Of a DNA stretch of 64,000 nt, positions 43,029 through 54,019 are shown in pieces; position 1 is the first letter of the stretch; every line of letters begins with the position of its first letter. This DNA is from an uncultured bacterium (lineage in GTDB: Bacteria > Verrucomicrobiota > Kiritimatiellia > RFP12 > UBA1067): the NCBI GenBank assembly GCA_902769585.1, contig CACXPT010000004.1:1689-65688 (forward strand). The letters are read 5' to 3'. The notes beneath the pieces were generated by a model. It was given only the letters and a program-made list of their open reading frames with translations, was not told the origin of the DNA and did no database searches. The position numbers and the translations under genes were made by a program.

Positions 43029-44268
43029 ATGATGCGTAAAACGATTTCTTCGGTCTTGGCGGTCGCTGCGTGCGTCGCCGCGTACGCGGGCGGACTCAAG
43101 TTCGACATCACGTCCGACCATGAGGACGCCACGTACAAGCTGGGCGAGCAGGCGGTGTTCACCGTGAAGGTGCTGGACGCCTCCGGCGCGCCGGCGAAGA
43201 GCGGTCGCGTGAAGTGGAACCTGAACAACTTCGGCGCCAAGGTGTTCGCCTCGGGCGAGGAGGACCTTTCCGCGAACGGCAGCACATTCACCGTGAAGGG
43301 CGCGCAGACGGAGCCGGGATTCCTGCGGCTGGATATCACCGAGGTGGGGAAGAAGCCGTCCTCGGCGAAGTGGGGCGTTGCGTTCGAGCCGAAGAAGATC
43401 GTGCCCGGCACGCCGTATCCGGCGGACTTCATGGACTTCTGGCGTTCGGCGATCGCGAAGTACGACCGTGAGGTCACCGAACCCATCCGCGTGACGGAGG
43501 TGAAGCGTACCGCGGCTTCCGTGATGTACGAGCTGCGCATCCCGTCCACGCAGGGCCGCTACGTGTGGGGCTACTTCTCGGAGCCCGTCGACAAGACGAA
43601 GGGACCGTTCCCCTGCGGTGCTGAGGGGCGAGCCGCACAAGAGCGCGAAGTGCCTGTCCGTGCAGAAGGAAGAGGATCAGGCGTATGCGAAGAAGTATCC
43701 GGTGAAGACCGTCCGCTACACGCAGTGCGGCATCGCGGCTTCGCGCGAGGACTACTTCTACTACGGCGTGATCCTCGCGGCGAATCGCGCGGTGGACTGG
43801 GCGGCGTCGCGTCCGGGCGTGGACCCCAAGCACGTGCGCTACACCGGCGGCAGCCAGGGCGGCGGCTTCGGCCTGATCCTCACGGGCCTCAACAAGCACA
43901 TCCGCCTCGCGCAAATCGGCGTGCCGGCGATCACGGACCTGCTGGGCGACCGGGTGTCGTCGCGCGAGGCCGGCTGGCCGCGCCTCATCGACGCGCAGCT
44001 GCCCGAGAACAGGGAGGCGGCCAGCAAGAACGCGCCGTACTTCTGCGGGGTGAACTTCGCGCGGCAGATCGACGTGCCCGTCGGTTTCGTGGTGGGCTTC
44101 ATCGACACCGTCTGTCCGCCCCATGCGGGATACGCCGCCTACAACGTGTGCCCGTCCAAGAAGAAGGCGATCTTCGACTCGATCGGCTGGGGCCACGACG
44201 CCTCCAAGGGCAAGGGCGGTCCGGCCCTCACGAAGTGGATCAGCGAGCAGGACAAGGCGGCGGACTGA
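43029..44268 (+). pseudogene. Acetyl-xylan-esterase/cephalosporin-C-deacetylase-like (AXE1) serine esterase, interrupted by a +1 frameshift in a C4 run at 43610-43613
   Basis: Frame 0 gives the signal peptide ...DFMDFWRSAIAKYDREV...KTKGPFP, then becomes nonsense. The next frame (track ORF 43618..44268) continues AVLRGEPH...YTGGSQGGGFGL (GxSxG nucleophile elbow)...GWGHD. Removing one C restores GPFPAVLRGEPH. Confidence 0.7.
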
Positions 44269-44288
44269 ACCCGAGAAAGGCAGACCCC

Positions 44289-45482
44289 ATGACAACAGGA
44301 AAAGCGCATTGCAAGTTCTCACGCCGTACATTCCTTGGCATGACCGCCGCGACCGCTGCCGCACGTCTCCACGCCACATCCGTCTCCGCCTGGTCGGTCG
44401 ATGGCATTCCGTTGCCCGAATGGGCGGTGGCGGCGATTCGGGACGGGACTGCCCGTTACAGGGCGTGGAAGGGCACCGACGAGACGGTGGCGTTTCCGCT
44501 CATCACGGACATCCACTCGCACGCCCCCGGCTTCAACGCCGAGGCGCCGAACTGGAGGGATTCCAAGAGCCACGTCATCTTCCAGCGGGCGATCGCGCAC
44601 GCCACGGAATCCGACTTTCTCGCCAATCTGGGCGACATGGACTTCGACGTGAACATCCTCGGCTCCGCCCCGGAATGGGACAAGGTGCAGCCGGTCATTG
44701 ACGGGTTCGTGAAGGTGTACGAGAAGGAGCCGCTACCGACTCTCTTCAGCATGGGCAACCACGACCATGCGAGGGGCCGCTATACCTCGAAGCAGTTCGG
44801 CGACACCTTCAACCGCGGCATAAACAAGGGGAAGGGGCACGACATCGTGCTCTCCGAATGCGGCACGTGGGGCTACTACGACATCCCCGCGAAGAAGTTC
44901 CGCATGGTGTTCCTCAACACGTCGGACGAAGGGTACGGCGGCATGTCGCGCGAACAGCTCCAGTTTCTTGCGGACACCTTCCTCGCCGCGCCGGAGGGAT
45001 GGCACGTGGCCCTGATGCAGCACATTCAGGCGCCGCACATCCTCGGCTGCTGGCGCCGGTTCCTGGAACCGTCGTCGATGAAGCGCGAGATGATCTTCAT
45101 GCAGATCGTGGACGACTTCGCGCACCATCGCGGCGACCTCGTGCAGGGATTCCACAACCCGCCGATCACCGGCGAGTACGACAAGATCAAGTGGGACTTC
45201 TCCAACGCCAAGGCGTCGTTCGTGGGCGCGTTCTTCGGGCACACGCACCTGGAGCGGCACATGAACATCGACGGCGTGAACTGGACCACGCGCCCCGGCT
45301 ACGGTACCACCCCGCGCGACTGCATCGTGATGGGCGCGCGGTGTCCGAAGATCGAGCTCAAGTTCGACCGCTCGCGCGACATGATGATCGACCTCGTGGC
45401 GGTGAAGCCCGCAAAGCGCACCGTACATATCTTCCGGTTCGGATGCGGCGGCCCGAAGAGCGAGCTTGAGTTCACGTACTGA
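44289..45482 (+). CDS. TAT-signal metallophosphoesterase (calcineurin-like)
   Basis: MTTGKAHCKFSRRTFLGMTAATAAA (twin-arginine motif); ITDIHSH, GDMDFD, MGNHDH, GHTH. The track fuses it to the upstream esterase frame (43029..45482). Confidence 0.7.
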   Translation: MTTGKAHCKFSRRTFLGMTAATAAARLHATSVSAWSVDGIPLPEWAVAAIRDGTARYRAWKGTDETVAFPLITDIHSHAPGFNAEAPNWRDSKSHVIFQRAIAHATESDFLANLGDMDFDVNILGSAPEWDKVQPVIDGFVKVYEKEPLPTLFSMGNHDHARGRYTSKQFGDTFNRGINKGKGHDIVLSECGTWGYYDIPAKKFRMVFLNTSDEGYGGMSREQLQFLADTFLAAPEGWHVALMQHIQAPHILGCWRRFLEPSSMKREMIFMQIVDDFAHHRGDLVQGFHNPPITGEYDKIKWDFSNAKASFVGAFFGHTHLERHMNIDGVNWTTRPGYGTTPRDCIVMGARCPKIELKFDRSRDMMIDLVAVKPAKRTVHIFRFGCGGPKSELEFTY

Positions 45483-45559
45483 CTATCTCGTCCGATGAAG
45501 TACCGCGCCAAGGCGTGGAACCTCATTGCCGTTTGAGGAGGGCGCATGGTCTTTCCGTG

Positions 45560-45988
45560 ATGGTCGCCTGTGCACTGGTCTGCGGCGCGGCCGGCGCGAA
45601 AGACCTGACATGGACTGGCGCGACGGGCGCGGACGGCGACACCGTCCTGATCGAATCTGGCAAGTACACGACCCCCTCGATCATGATGACTCGGCACACC
45701 AAGCCAGGCGATGTCGTGTTCGACATCGACGACACGTTTGCCTTCGGCTGGGGAAGCAAGAACACATACGGCTTGGATGTGGACACGAAATCGTTCACCA
45801 AGCGCGGTGCAGGGACGCTTTTGCTGACGGCTGCGTTGAACGGATCGGTGGTAAATGCCGGTGGCGATACGCGGTTCAGAAACGCGCTGACGTGCGGCGT
45901 GGAGATCGTGGAGGGCGAGATCGCCTGCAAAGAACGCAACAGCCATAATTTCCTCGGTCCCCGGACTATTCTCTACTGGGTACTGTAA
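45560..45988 (+). CDS. Small secreted protein; resembles the N-terminal fragment of an adhesin/autotransporter-repeat protein
   Basis: MVACALVCGAAGAKDLTWTGATGADGD...FTKRGAGTLLLTAALNGSVVNAGGDT. It is short and may be a gene remnant. Its stop abuts the next ATG (TAAATG). Confidence 0.35.
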   Translation: MVACALVCGAAGAKDLTWTGATGADGDTVLIESGKYTTPSIMMTRHTKPGDVVFDIDDTFAFGWGSKNTYGLDVDTKSFTKRGAGTLLLTAALNGSVVNAGGDTRFRNALTCGVEIVEGEIACKERNSHNFLGPRTILYWVL

Positions 45989-46846
45989 ATGAATGTTGGA
46001 AGAAGAGGTTTTCTGGGCGGGATTGCGGCGGTGGTCGCGACGGCGGGCGGGTCGCAGCCCGTGCAGCAGGGAAAATCGGCGCTGCGCATCGCGCATGTTG
46101 GCGATCCGCAGTTCGGGTTCATCACGAGCCGGCCGTCGATGAAACACCGCGCCAAGGAGCGGTTCGAGGAAAACTACCGGGACGACTTCGCGCGACTCGA
46201 GCGCGCGTTGGCGCGCGTGAACGAGCTGAAGCCCGACCTGCTCGTCTTCGGCGGCGATATGACGCAGCGTCCCGGCGACATCGAAAAGGAGTGGCCCGCG
46301 CTCCTGAAGCGCGTGCAGGTCCCGTTCGTCGTCACGCCCGGAAACCACGACATGGGCAACCGACTGACCTTCGAAAACCTCGAAAGTTTCCGGAAGGTGT
46401 TCGGACGCGACTACGGCGCATTTGACGTGAAGGGCTGGCGGATCGTCGCCGGCAACTCGCAGTACTGGCACAAGACCGAGGCGAAGGACGAGCAGGCGAA
46501 GTACGAGGCGTGGGTGAAGGCGGAGCTGGAGGAGGCGAAGTCGCGGAACGGCCGCGTGATCCTCGCCACGCACATTCCGCCGTTCGCGTTCGCGTCCGAC
46601 GAGAAGGACTCCTACGACAACTACCCGCTTGCCGGACGCGCGGCGCGGCTCGAGGCGTATGCGGCGTGCGGCGCGCGCTTCTTCCTCACGGCGCACCTCC
46701 ACCGTCTTGCCGTGCGCGGCTACAAGGACGTGACGATGCTCGGCGTGGAGGCAGTCTGCGCCAACTTCGATGCGCGTCCTCCGGGTTTCCGCCTGCTCGA
46801 GGTCAACGACGACTTCTCCTACTCTTGGAACTTCATCGCCGTGTGA
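45989..46846 (+). CDS. TAT-signal metallophosphoesterase
   Basis: [17 protein letters not shown]; AHVGDPQFG; [10 protein letters not shown]; TPGNHDMGN; ATHIPPF; TAHLH. Confidence 0.75.
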   Translation: MNVGRRGFLGGIAAVVATAGGSQPVQQGKSALRIAHVGDPQFGFITSRPSMKHRAKERFEENYRDDFARLERALARVNELKPDLLVFGGDMTQRPGDIEKEWPALLKRVQVPFVVTPGNHDMGNRLTFENLESFRKVFGRDYGAFDVKGWRIVAGNSQYWHKTEAKDEQAKYEAWVKAELEEAKSRNGRVILATHIPPFAFASDEKDSYDNYPLAGRAARLEAYAACGARFFLTAHLHRLAVRGYKDVTMLGVEAVCANFDARPPGFRLLEVNDDFSYSWNFIAV

Positions 46847-46920
46847 GGAACAAGCACCAATTCTTCGGCTCTTTTTGGTATACTACACCCTACGTAGCCA
46901 AAGGCAAAGGACATAAAACG

Positions 46921-49647
46921 ATGAAACAACTGTTTTGGATCGTGGTGGCGGTCGCGGCGAGCGCGACGCTCCTGGGCGCGGAGCGCGCGGTGGTGTCGGG
47001 CGGCAAGGCCGTGGGTCTTGTCGGCGAGAATGGCGCAAAGGTGGAGGCCGGCGACGGGTGCGTCGTGCTGTCCGACCACAAGGCGCTCTACTACGCCTCG
47101 GGCGTGCCGGAGGGACCCGACGTGGAGGTGCGCGTCAAGATGGCGATCGACGGCCTTGCGAAGAGCGCGGCCATCCTGAAGCTGGGCGACCAGTTCTACG
47201 GATTTGAGGGAGCCGACGGCTCGGTCTTCTCGGGGGGCGGCGTTTTGGCGAAGGCGAAACTGCGCGGCCAGCCGCCAGCGGTCCGGGACGGGCGTGTCTT
47301 CGAGCTGGTCGTCATGCGGGTGGGCGGACGCATGCGCCTCGCAATCGACGGCAAGGAGCTGTTCAACGTGCCGGATCGGCGCAGCACGTTTGGACCGGTG
47401 GCGTTGCGTCCGTGGCGCAGCACGATGCGCGTGTACGAATTTACGATGAAGGCCGGGCTGTTCGCGTCCACCGAGGAGCTGTTCGCGCGCGAGAAGGAGA
47501 CGGCGCGCATCGCCGAGACGTTCCCGTGGGTGGACCTCTCGGGCGACAAGACGAAGGACGTGATCGTGGCCGAGGGGCGTCCCGACCTCTATCAGGGACA
47601 TCCCACAACGGCGCTCCTGCCGGACGGGCGGATTATCGCGGTGTGGTGCACGCCGCACGGCGGCTGGTGCGGTCCGGCGGCGGAGTCTGCCGACGGCGGC
47701 TACACTTGGACGCGCATTGACGATCGCTTCCCGGAAGGGTACAAGCGGCACGTGAACTGTCCGAGCATCTACCGTCTGGTCGGGCCTGACGGCAAGGCGC
47801 GTCTCTGGGTGTGGAGTCAGGCGAAGATGCGACCGGACGCGAAGGACTACCGCGACCACCGTGAATGGGGTGAGGCGATGCCGTCCGTGATGAGCGAGGA
47901 CGAGGGGAAGACGTGGAAGGAGATGCCGGCGCTCGGCCGCAAGTTCCTCTGTATCATGACGTTCTCGTCGATCGTGCAGTTGAAGGACGGTTCGTACCTG
48001 GGCCTCTATCACACGGGGCCGGACGGAATCGACCGTTCGCCGCTGGGCGTGCTGCAGAGCGTGTCGAAGGACGGCGGCTTCACGTGGAGTGAGCCGAGGT
48101 CGGTCTGCGCGGTGAAGGGCAAGGATCCGTGCGAGCCGTACGTGTTCCGCTCGCCGGACGGCGGCGAGCTCTGCTGCCTCATCCGCGAGAACACGCACAC
48201 GGGCTGCAGCCTGATGATGTTCAGCCGCGACGAGGGCAAGACGTGGTCTAAGCCGGAGGACACGCCGTGGGCGCTTTCTGGCGACCGCCACCAGGGCGTG
48301 CAGCTGCCTGACGGGCGGCTCGTGGTGGTGTTCCGCGACATGGCGCCGAAGTCACCCACGCGCGGGCATTTCGTCGCGTGGGTGGGTCCGTACGCGGCGA
48401 TCAAGTCGAAGGAGACGAAGGGCACGTACCGCGTGAAGCTCCTGCACAGCTACGCGGGGGGCGACTGCGGCTATCCGGGCATCCACCTGCTGCCGGACGG
48501 CACGGTGGTGGCGACCACGTACATCAAGTACTGGGACGATGCGCGCAAGCAGTCGGTCGTCTGCACGCGCTTCCGCGTGGACGAGACGGACAGGCGCATC
48601 GGGCTGGACGACAAGCCGGCGCGCGTGTACCTCGACGCAAAGGGACCGGGCTCGTGCGGCGCGTGTCTCTTTGCGCGCAAGGACGGCGGGATCGTCTGCG
48701 GCATCAAGGGCTGGTACCGCAAGAGCGACGACGGCGGCCGTACGTGGCGCAAGCTCTACCCCTACGCGCGCTCGGAGGGCGCGCCGACGTCCGGTGGCGG
48801 CACGAATCCGCTGCGCCTCAAGGACGGGCGGCTCATGAACGTGTGGAGCACGCCCGCGCAGAACATCCTCTCGAACAAGCTCGGCGCGGCGAACTTCTAC
48901 GTGTCGTTTTCGAAGGACGAAGGCAAGACATGGGAGGGGAAGGTGCCGCTCTCGGAGGACAACCGCCGGCTCTACCTGATGAACGACCGCCCGATCCGCC
49001 TCTCGACGGGACGCATCCTCGTCTCGTTCTCCATCCACCCGAACGAGTTGCTGGGGAAGAAGCTGGAGACGGTCGGCTGGGTGAATGCGTTCTACTCGGA
49101 TGACGAGGGCCAGACGTGGCATGAGGGCAAGTGGCTCAAGACCACGGTCGCGGACCAGCTCTGCGAGCCGACGACGTTCGAATGCAAGGACGGCACGATC
49201 AAGATGCTCGCGCGCACGGGGAAGGGCTACCTGTACGAGACCGAGTCGCGCGACGGCGGCGAGACGTGGTGCACGGAGCGTCCCACGACGCTGAAGAGCC
49301 CGTGCGCGCCGTATTTCCTGCGGAAGGACCCCTACACGGGCTGGGTGTTCATCGCGTGGGACAACTCGTTTCCAGGTCCGCAGCACCAGTATCCGCGTAC
49401 CCCGCTCTCCCTCGGCGTGAGCCGCGACGACGGCAAGACGTGGGAGTTTGTCTGCGACATCGAGAACGACCCGATGAGCAGCTACGGCTACCCGTCGATC
49501 TTCTTCACGAAGGACAGCGTCCTCGTCTCCTACTACGAGGAGCTCGGGCACCGTCCGTTCCGTCCAGAGGAGCAGCGCTGCAAGCTCTCGATCTTCCGCC
49601 GCGCCGACCTCACGGTCGACCGCGTGACGAAAGTCCCGCTGCGCTAG
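46921..49647 (+). CDS. Secreted protein with an N-terminal lectin/LamG-like domain and two BNR (sialidase-like) beta-propellers
   Basis: Start at [19 protein letters not shown]; the track start at 46510 overlaps the previous gene. Nine Asp-box SxDxGxTW motifs: [72 protein letters not shown]. Confidence 0.75.
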   Translation: MKQLFWIVVAVAASATLLGAERAVVSGGKAVGLVGENGAKVEAGDGCVVLSDHKALYYASGVPEGPDVEVRVKMAIDGLAKSAAILKLGDQFYGFEGADGSVFSGGGVLAKAKLRGQPPAVRDGRVFELVVMRVGGRMRLAIDGKELFNVPDRRSTFGPVALRPWRSTMRVYEFTMKAGLFASTEELFAREKETARIAETFPWVDLSGDKTKDVIVAEGRPDLYQGHPTTALLPDGRIIAVWCTPHGGWCGPAAESADGGYTWTRIDDRFPEGYKRHVNCPSIYRLVGPDGKARLWVWSQAKMRPDAKDYRDHREWGEAMPSVMSEDEGKTWKEMPALGRKFLCIMTFSSIVQLKDGSYLGLYHTGPDGIDRSPLGVLQSVSKDGGFTWSEPRSVCAVKGKDPCEPYVFRSPDGGELCCLIRENTHTGCSLMMFSRDEGKTWSKPEDTPWALSGDRHQGVQLPDGRLVVVFRDMAPKSPTRGHFVAWVGPYAAIKSKETKGTYRVKLLHSYAGGDCGYPGIHLLPDGTVVATTYIKYWDDARKQSVVCTRFRVDETDRRIGLDDKPARVYLDAKGPGSCGACLFARKDGGIVCGIKGWYRKSDDGGRTWRKLYPYARSEGAPTSGGGTNPLRLKDGRLMNVWSTPAQNILSNKLGAANFYVSFSKDEGKTWEGKVPLSEDNRRLYLMNDRPIRLSTGRILVSFSIHPNELLGKKLETVGWVNAFYSDDEGQTWHEGKWLKTTVADQLCEPTTFECKDGTIKMLARTGKGYLYETESRDGGETWCTERPTTLKSPCAPYFLRKDPYTGWVFIAWDNSFPGPQHQYPRTPLSLGVSRDDGKTWEFVCDIENDPMSSYGYPSIFFTKDSVLVSYYEELGHRPFRPEEQRCKLSIFRRADLTVDRVTKVPLR

Positions 49648-49670
49648 CGGCGACGCGGCGCGCGACTTTG

Positions 49671-49679
49671 TGGTATAAT
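49671..49679 (+). promoter_or_regulatory. Extended -10 TGGTATAAT, 9 nt upstream of the ATG at 49689 (leaderless or very short leader)
   Basis: gactttgTGGTATAATatccgcgccATGatt; no Shine-Dalgarno. Confidence 0.5.
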
Positions 49680-49688
49680 ATCCGCGCC

Positions 49689-50444
49689 ATGATTCGGTTT
49701 GAAAACGTCGTGAAGCGGTTCGACGGCAGGGAAGTCCTTGCCGGCGTGTCCTTCACTGTCGAGAAGGGCGAGGTTGTTGCGCTCGTGGGACCGTCCGGCA
49801 CTGGCAAGTCCGTGACGCTGAAGCATTTCGTCCGTCTCCTGACGCCGACGTCCGGGAGCGTGTGGCTGGACGACACTGAGATTTCCTCTGCGCGCGGCAA
49901 GACTCTGGAGGCGATCCGCGCAAGGATCGGCTATCTGTTCCAGGGCGGCGCGCTGCTGGGCTGGCTCACGGTGGGCGAGAACGTGGCGCTGCCGCTCAGG
50001 GAGCGGACGAATCTGGACGACATCGCAATTGATCGGCGCGTGGCGGATGCGCTTGCGGCTGTGGACCTCTCGGGCGCGGCAGACCTCTATCCGGCCGAGA
50101 TATCCGGCGGAATGCAGAAGCGCGCGGGCCTCGCGCGCGTGCTGGTGCGCGAATGCGACATCGTGCTTTACGACGAGCCGACTTCGGGCCTGGATCCTGT
50201 GACGTCGACCACGATCAACCGCCTGATCCGCAAGCTGAACAAGGAGCGCGGAGTCACCTCCATCGTGGTGACGCACGACCTGCAGGGTGCGCTCCTCTTC
50301 GCGGACAAGGTCCTCATGCTTAAGAACGGGCACGTGGTGGAGATGGCGCCCCCCGCGGAGTTCGTGCGTTCGTCAAATCCCGAAGTGCGCGAGTTCTTGG
50401 AGGCGCAGTTCATCACGCCTGACTTGCTGGAGAAGAAACTATGA
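49689..50444 (+). CDS. mlaF: ABC transporter ATP-binding protein, MlaF-like
   Basis: MIRFENVVKRFDGREVLAGVSFTVEKGEVVALVGPSGTGKSV; signature ISGGMQKRAGLAR; Walker B IVLYDEPTSGLDP. The track start at 49131 is a read-through artefact. Confidence 0.8.
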   Translation: MIRFENVVKRFDGREVLAGVSFTVEKGEVVALVGPSGTGKSVTLKHFVRLLTPTSGSVWLDDTEISSARGKTLEAIRARIGYLFQGGALLGWLTVGENVALPLRERTNLDDIAIDRRVADALAAVDLSGAADLYPAEISGGMQKRAGLARVLVRECDIVLYDEPTSGLDPVTSTTINRLIRKLNKERGVTSIVVTHDLQGALLFADKVLMLKNGHVVEMAPPAEFVRSSNPEVREFLEAQFITPDLLEKKL

Positions 50445-51592
50445 GCAGAAAAAACAGTGATGTCTTTGCGGAAGTGATAGTCGGCATCTTCATGGTGGCG
50501 GTGCTGGCGCTTCTGGCGTACTTCACGATCGTTATATCGGGCGTGGACCTCCTGCTGGGCCGCGCGAAGACATCGGCGACGTTCGTGTTTCGAGACGTCG
50601 GCGGGCTGAAGGAGCGCGACAGCGTGATGTACCGCGGCATGAAGGTGGGTGCAGTGGAGCGCATCGAGCTGGGATCGTCCAACATCACGGTGCGCGTGAA
50701 GGTGGACAGCAGCGTCGTGATGCGCGAGACGGGGCAGGCGTCGGTGGCGGCGCTTTCGCTTCTCGGCGGCAACTATCTGCTGCTTGAGGAGGGCAAGGGA
50801 AATGTGAGACCGCTCGAGACGACAGTATTCCATGGCGAGCCGCCGGTGGACTGGATGCGCGATCTCGGCGAGATAGCGCGCAACCTAAGCGATCTCACGT
50901 CAGAGGGCAGCCTGAAGAACATCGTGACAAACTTCGAGGAGACTGCCAAGAACCTCAACATCATCGTTTCGCGCGTGGAGCGCGGCGAGGGTACGGTGGG
51001 CAAACTCCTCTCCAGCGACAACTCGCTCTACGGCGACCTCACGAACACCGTCGCCAGCGCACGGCAGACGTTCGACAACGCGGCGGCGATCTCCGAGCGT
51101 CTGGAGAAGGGCGAGGGGACGCTCGGCAAGCTGCTGTCTAGGGACGAGGCGGCCTACGGCGACCTGACGAACGCCGTGGCGAGCATAAAGGAGACGTTCG
51201 CGCACGCGGCGTCCGTGGCCGAGCGGCTCGAGAAGGGCGAGGGCACGCTTGGCCGCCTGCTGGCGAAGGACGATGCGCTTTGGGGCGACCTCACGAACAC
51301 CGTTGCCAACATCCGCGCGGCCTCCGAGAAGCTTAAGAACGGCGAAGGGCTGCTTGGGAAGATCATGGACGACAAGGAGCTGGCCGACAACGCCTCGAAG
51401 CTCATGGAGAACCTGAAGGCGGTGTCCGACAAGCTCGCGAAGGGCGAAGGGACGCTCGGCAAGCTGACGACTGACCAGGAGATGTACGACGAGGTCAACG
51501 GCCTCATAAAGGACGTGCGCCAGATCGTGGACAACTACCGCGACACGACACCCATCTCGACATTCGGCTCCCTGATAATGGGTGGACTCTGA
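50441..51592 (+). CDS. mlaD: MCE/MlaD-family substrate-binding protein with a C-terminal repeat region
   Basis: ATGA overlap with mlaF. TM anchor, then an MCE core (VFRDVGGLKERDSVMYRGMKVGAVERIEL). Five roughly 35-aa repeats are centred on (E/K)(K/R)GEGT(L/V)GKLL. Confidence 0.75.
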   Translation: MSRKNSDVFAEVIVGIFMVAVLALLAYFTIVISGVDLLLGRAKTSATFVFRDVGGLKERDSVMYRGMKVGAVERIELGSSNITVRVKVDSSVVMRETGQASVAALSLLGGNYLLLEEGKGNVRPLETTVFHGEPPVDWMRDLGEIARNLSDLTSEGSLKNIVTNFEETAKNLNIIVSRVERGEGTVGKLLSSDNSLYGDLTNTVASARQTFDNAAAISERLEKGEGTLGKLLSRDEAAYGDLTNAVASIKETFAHAASVAERLEKGEGTLGRLLAKDDALWGDLTNTVANIRAASEKLKNGEGLLGKIMDDKELADNASKLMENLKAVSDKLAKGEGTLGKLTTDQEMYDEVNGLIKDVRQIVDNYRDTTPISTFGSLIMGGL

Positions 51593-51595
51593 CGC

Positions 51596-53989
51596 ATGGC
51601 CTGGTTCACTTTCCGAAGGGCATGGATGCTGGCAGGGTTCGTCGCCGCCGGCATGGGCGACTGGTTCCTTGCTGTAAAAGGCGCGCCTAGCCGCTCGACG
51701 GAGTTCCTATGCGGCGTAGTCTGCTTCTCGCTGGCGCAGGTCCTTTGGGCGGTCGGCCAGCTGCGCGAGGCACGTCCGGACTGGCGCATGGCGCTCGCGA
51801 TCGCCTTGCCTCTCGGGATATTCGCTGGCGTTAGGCTGGCGCCTGTGCTGCCGATCGCCACGGGCGTCGCAGTCGGCGCATATGCGGTCCTTACCGCCAT
51901 CGCATTCTCTCTCGCGTACGCCACGCGGCGCGTGTTCTACGCCTGCGGAATCGGCATTCTGTGCGTCTCCGACCTCATGATCGGCGGCGGTCTGCTGCGC
52001 ATGCCAGGCTGCCACATGCTGGCCGGTCCCACGTACCTGCTGGCAGAGATATGTCTGCTGCTCTCGTGGATCTTGCCGCGGGAATGGCGTTTCGCCCCGG
52101 AGAAGCGCAACGTGTGGACGATGGCTGCGCTGGGGGGCTCGGCGGCGTTCCTCCTGTTCGTGCTTGCGGCGGCATGCTATCCGGGCGGGGGGTACAACCC
52201 GTTCATGAAGATGCTTAGCGCTCTAGGGCGCACCGAGGTGCGCGGAGTTGCGTATCCCTGGTGCCACTATCTCTTCATCGCTGGGCTAGGATGCGCCGCG
52301 CTGTCGGTCGCGCACGTGTGGGCGTATCTGGTGCGTCGTAGAGAAGGTGGTTGGCGCGGACAGGCAATCGCGTACGGCACGGCGGCTAACGTCGCGGGGC
52401 TGTGCACCATCGCGCTCGTGCCGGAGAACGTGAACATGCTGTTCCACAACGCGGGCTGCCACATGGCGGCCCTTGGAGGAGCGGGAGTGCTGTTCGCCCG
52501 GACTCGCAAGGACGCGAGGCGCGATCTCGTATGGATGTGCGTCCTGCTGGCCATCATCTCGTTTTTCGCTGCCTTCCTTTTCCTGCACGATGTTGACGTG
52601 TTGCCGTTCTCGCCGTGGGTGACGGCAACGCAGAAGTTCCTGATCGTGTCGTTCGCCGTGTGGGTGGGCGACATCGCCTGGCGCGAGCGCCCCGCGCCGC
52701 TTCGCCGTTGGCAGAAGGTGGTGCTTGTCGCGATTCTGGCGGCGGGGATGGCGGCGTTGGCGGCGGGCACGACTGGGACAACGGGCGTCTCGCCCGTTGC
52801 GTTTGAAGACGATGGGCCGAACAATGAACGGGCGGGACGCCCGTTCTCCCAAGGCAAGGCTCCCCTCGCCGAAGACGAGCTGGCTGCGCTCCGCTGGCTC
52901 GACCACGTGACCGGCAAGCTGCCGCCAGCGGAGGAGAAGTCCTGGTGGGACATCGGCGGCACGCAGCACGGGAATTTCTCCAAGCGCTACCACATCGCCT
53001 TCTGCGGGTATGCGGCGGCGGCGCTGGGGATGCGCGGCGACGCTGCCCAGCGCAAGACGGTTGCGCGCATCCTCGGCAACTGCATAGAGCGCTACCTGAA
53101 GAGAGACGTGTGGGCGTATTCGATGAGCAAGAACTATTGGGGACGCAAGCCCTGGGCTCCGGATCCATGCTATCGCGAGAACGTGATGTACACCGGTCAT
53201 CTGCTCCAGCTCCTCGCGCTCTACGAGACGTTCACCGGCGACAAGCGGTACTGGCGCGACGGCTTCGACTTCGTGTGGAAGGACGGGAAACGCGTGCACT
53301 ACGACGTGAAGAAGCTCATCGACGTGACGGTGTTCCAGATGCGGAACGGTCCTAACGGCGGCATCACGTGCGAGCCAGGGCTCATGTTCTTCCCATGCAA
53401 CAATCATCCTCACGTGGCACTGTCGCTTTTCTCGAGGCTCGGCTACGGAGACTGGTCGAAGGATGCACGCCGGTGGGAGAAGTGGGCGCTTTCCAAGTAC
53501 GTTGGCCCCATGTTCGGCGGCGGCGCGATGAAGCTCGTGTACCACGTAAGGTCGGGAATCTTCTACCCGCGCGGCGACGGCGCGCTGGACGGCTGGTCGC
53601 TGCTCTGGTACGAACCGTGGGCGGCAGACCGGCGGACGGCCGTGGCGCTATGGCGCAAGGCTGCGGAGAAGATAGACTGGGAAGGCCTCGAGACGAGGCC
53701 CGACGTCGGCAACGAGGATTTCACTTGCTGTCGGCCGGTTGACGTGCCTCCGGTCGCCGCGGCATCGTTCCTCGCCGCCGCCTCGCGGGCGTGCGACGAC
53801 GACGAGACGGCGGATCGCCTCGACGCCATCGCGGACAAGTTCCTCGTCCGCGAAGGCGGCATGCTCCGGATCGAGGCTGGTCGCGACTGGCGCATCGGCG
53901 CCACGGCCAACCGCATCATTTCGCTCGCCGAGAAGAACGGCAGCCGTCTCAGGGAGCTCGTGCAGGGACGAGGCCCGTTCAAGTTTTAA
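51596..53989 (+). CDS. Polytopic membrane protein: YhhN-like N-terminal region + further TM helices + large C-terminal soluble domain of unknown function
   Basis: 797 aa. GMGDWFLAV and ILCVSDLMIGGG resemble the two conserved YhhN (lysoplasmalogenase family) motifs. I did not recognise the C-terminal roughly 380 aa. Confidence 0.5.
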   Translation: MAWFTFRRAWMLAGFVAAGMGDWFLAVKGAPSRSTEFLCGVVCFSLAQVLWAVGQLREARPDWRMALAIALPLGIFAGVRLAPVLPIATGVAVGAYAVLTAIAFSLAYATRRVFYACGIGILCVSDLMIGGGLLRMPGCHMLAGPTYLLAEICLLLSWILPREWRFAPEKRNVWTMAALGGSAAFLLFVLAAACYPGGGYNPFMKMLSALGRTEVRGVAYPWCHYLFIAGLGCAALSVAHVWAYLVRRREGGWRGQAIAYGTAANVAGLCTIALVPENVNMLFHNAGCHMAALGGAGVLFARTRKDARRDLVWMCVLLAIISFFAAFLFLHDVDVLPFSPWVTATQKFLIVSFAVWVGDIAWRERPAPLRRWQKVVLVAILAAGMAALAAGTTGTTGVSPVAFEDDGPNNERAGRPFSQGKAPLAEDELAALRWLDHVTGKLPPAEEKSWWDIGGTQHGNFSKRYHIAFCGYAAAALGMRGDAAQRKTVARILGNCIERYLKRDVWAYSMSKNYWGRKPWAPDPCYRENVMYTGHLLQLLALYETFTGDKRYWRDGFDFVWKDGKRVHYDVKKLIDVTVFQMRNGPNGGITCEPGLMFFPCNNHPHVALSLFSRLGYGDWSKDARRWEKWALSKYVGPMFGGGAMKLVYHVRSGIFYPRGDGALDGWSLLWYEPWAADRRTAVALWRKAAEKIDWEGLETRPDVGNEDFTCCRPVDVPPVAAASFLAAASRACDDDETADRLDAIADKFLVREGGMLRIEAGRDWRIGATANRIISLAEKNGSRLRELVQGRGPFKF

Positions 53990-54019
53990 GGACAAGTTCA
54001 AGGAAAGGAACAACACATC

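Noticed and set aside
43029-45482. Single 817-aa ORF in the supplied track
   Set aside because: The middle third (about 43615-44288) translates to Arg/Gly-rich nonsense. The real content is a frameshifted esterase (43029-44268, two frames) followed by a separate TAT-signal metallophosphoesterase starting at 44289.
46510-46920. N-terminal extensions of track ORFs 46510..49647, 49131..50444, 57903..59705, 59228..61087, 11732..17116, 56050..58704 and 61147..62157
   Set aside because: The extensions overlap the 3' ends of upstream genes and translate to low-complexity sequence. In each case a downstream start gives a canonical N-terminus (signal peptide, Toprim, Walker A region and so on) with a Shine-Dalgarno, a -10 box or a stop/start overlap.
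49689-51592. MlaF-MlaD pair without an MlaE permease, as an anomalous Mla system
   Set aside because: The permease may simply be encoded elsewhere. The upstream gene is a sialidase-like protein and the downstream YhhN-like membrane protein is not MlaE-like. The window alone cannot show a genuine absence, so this is not worth a finding.
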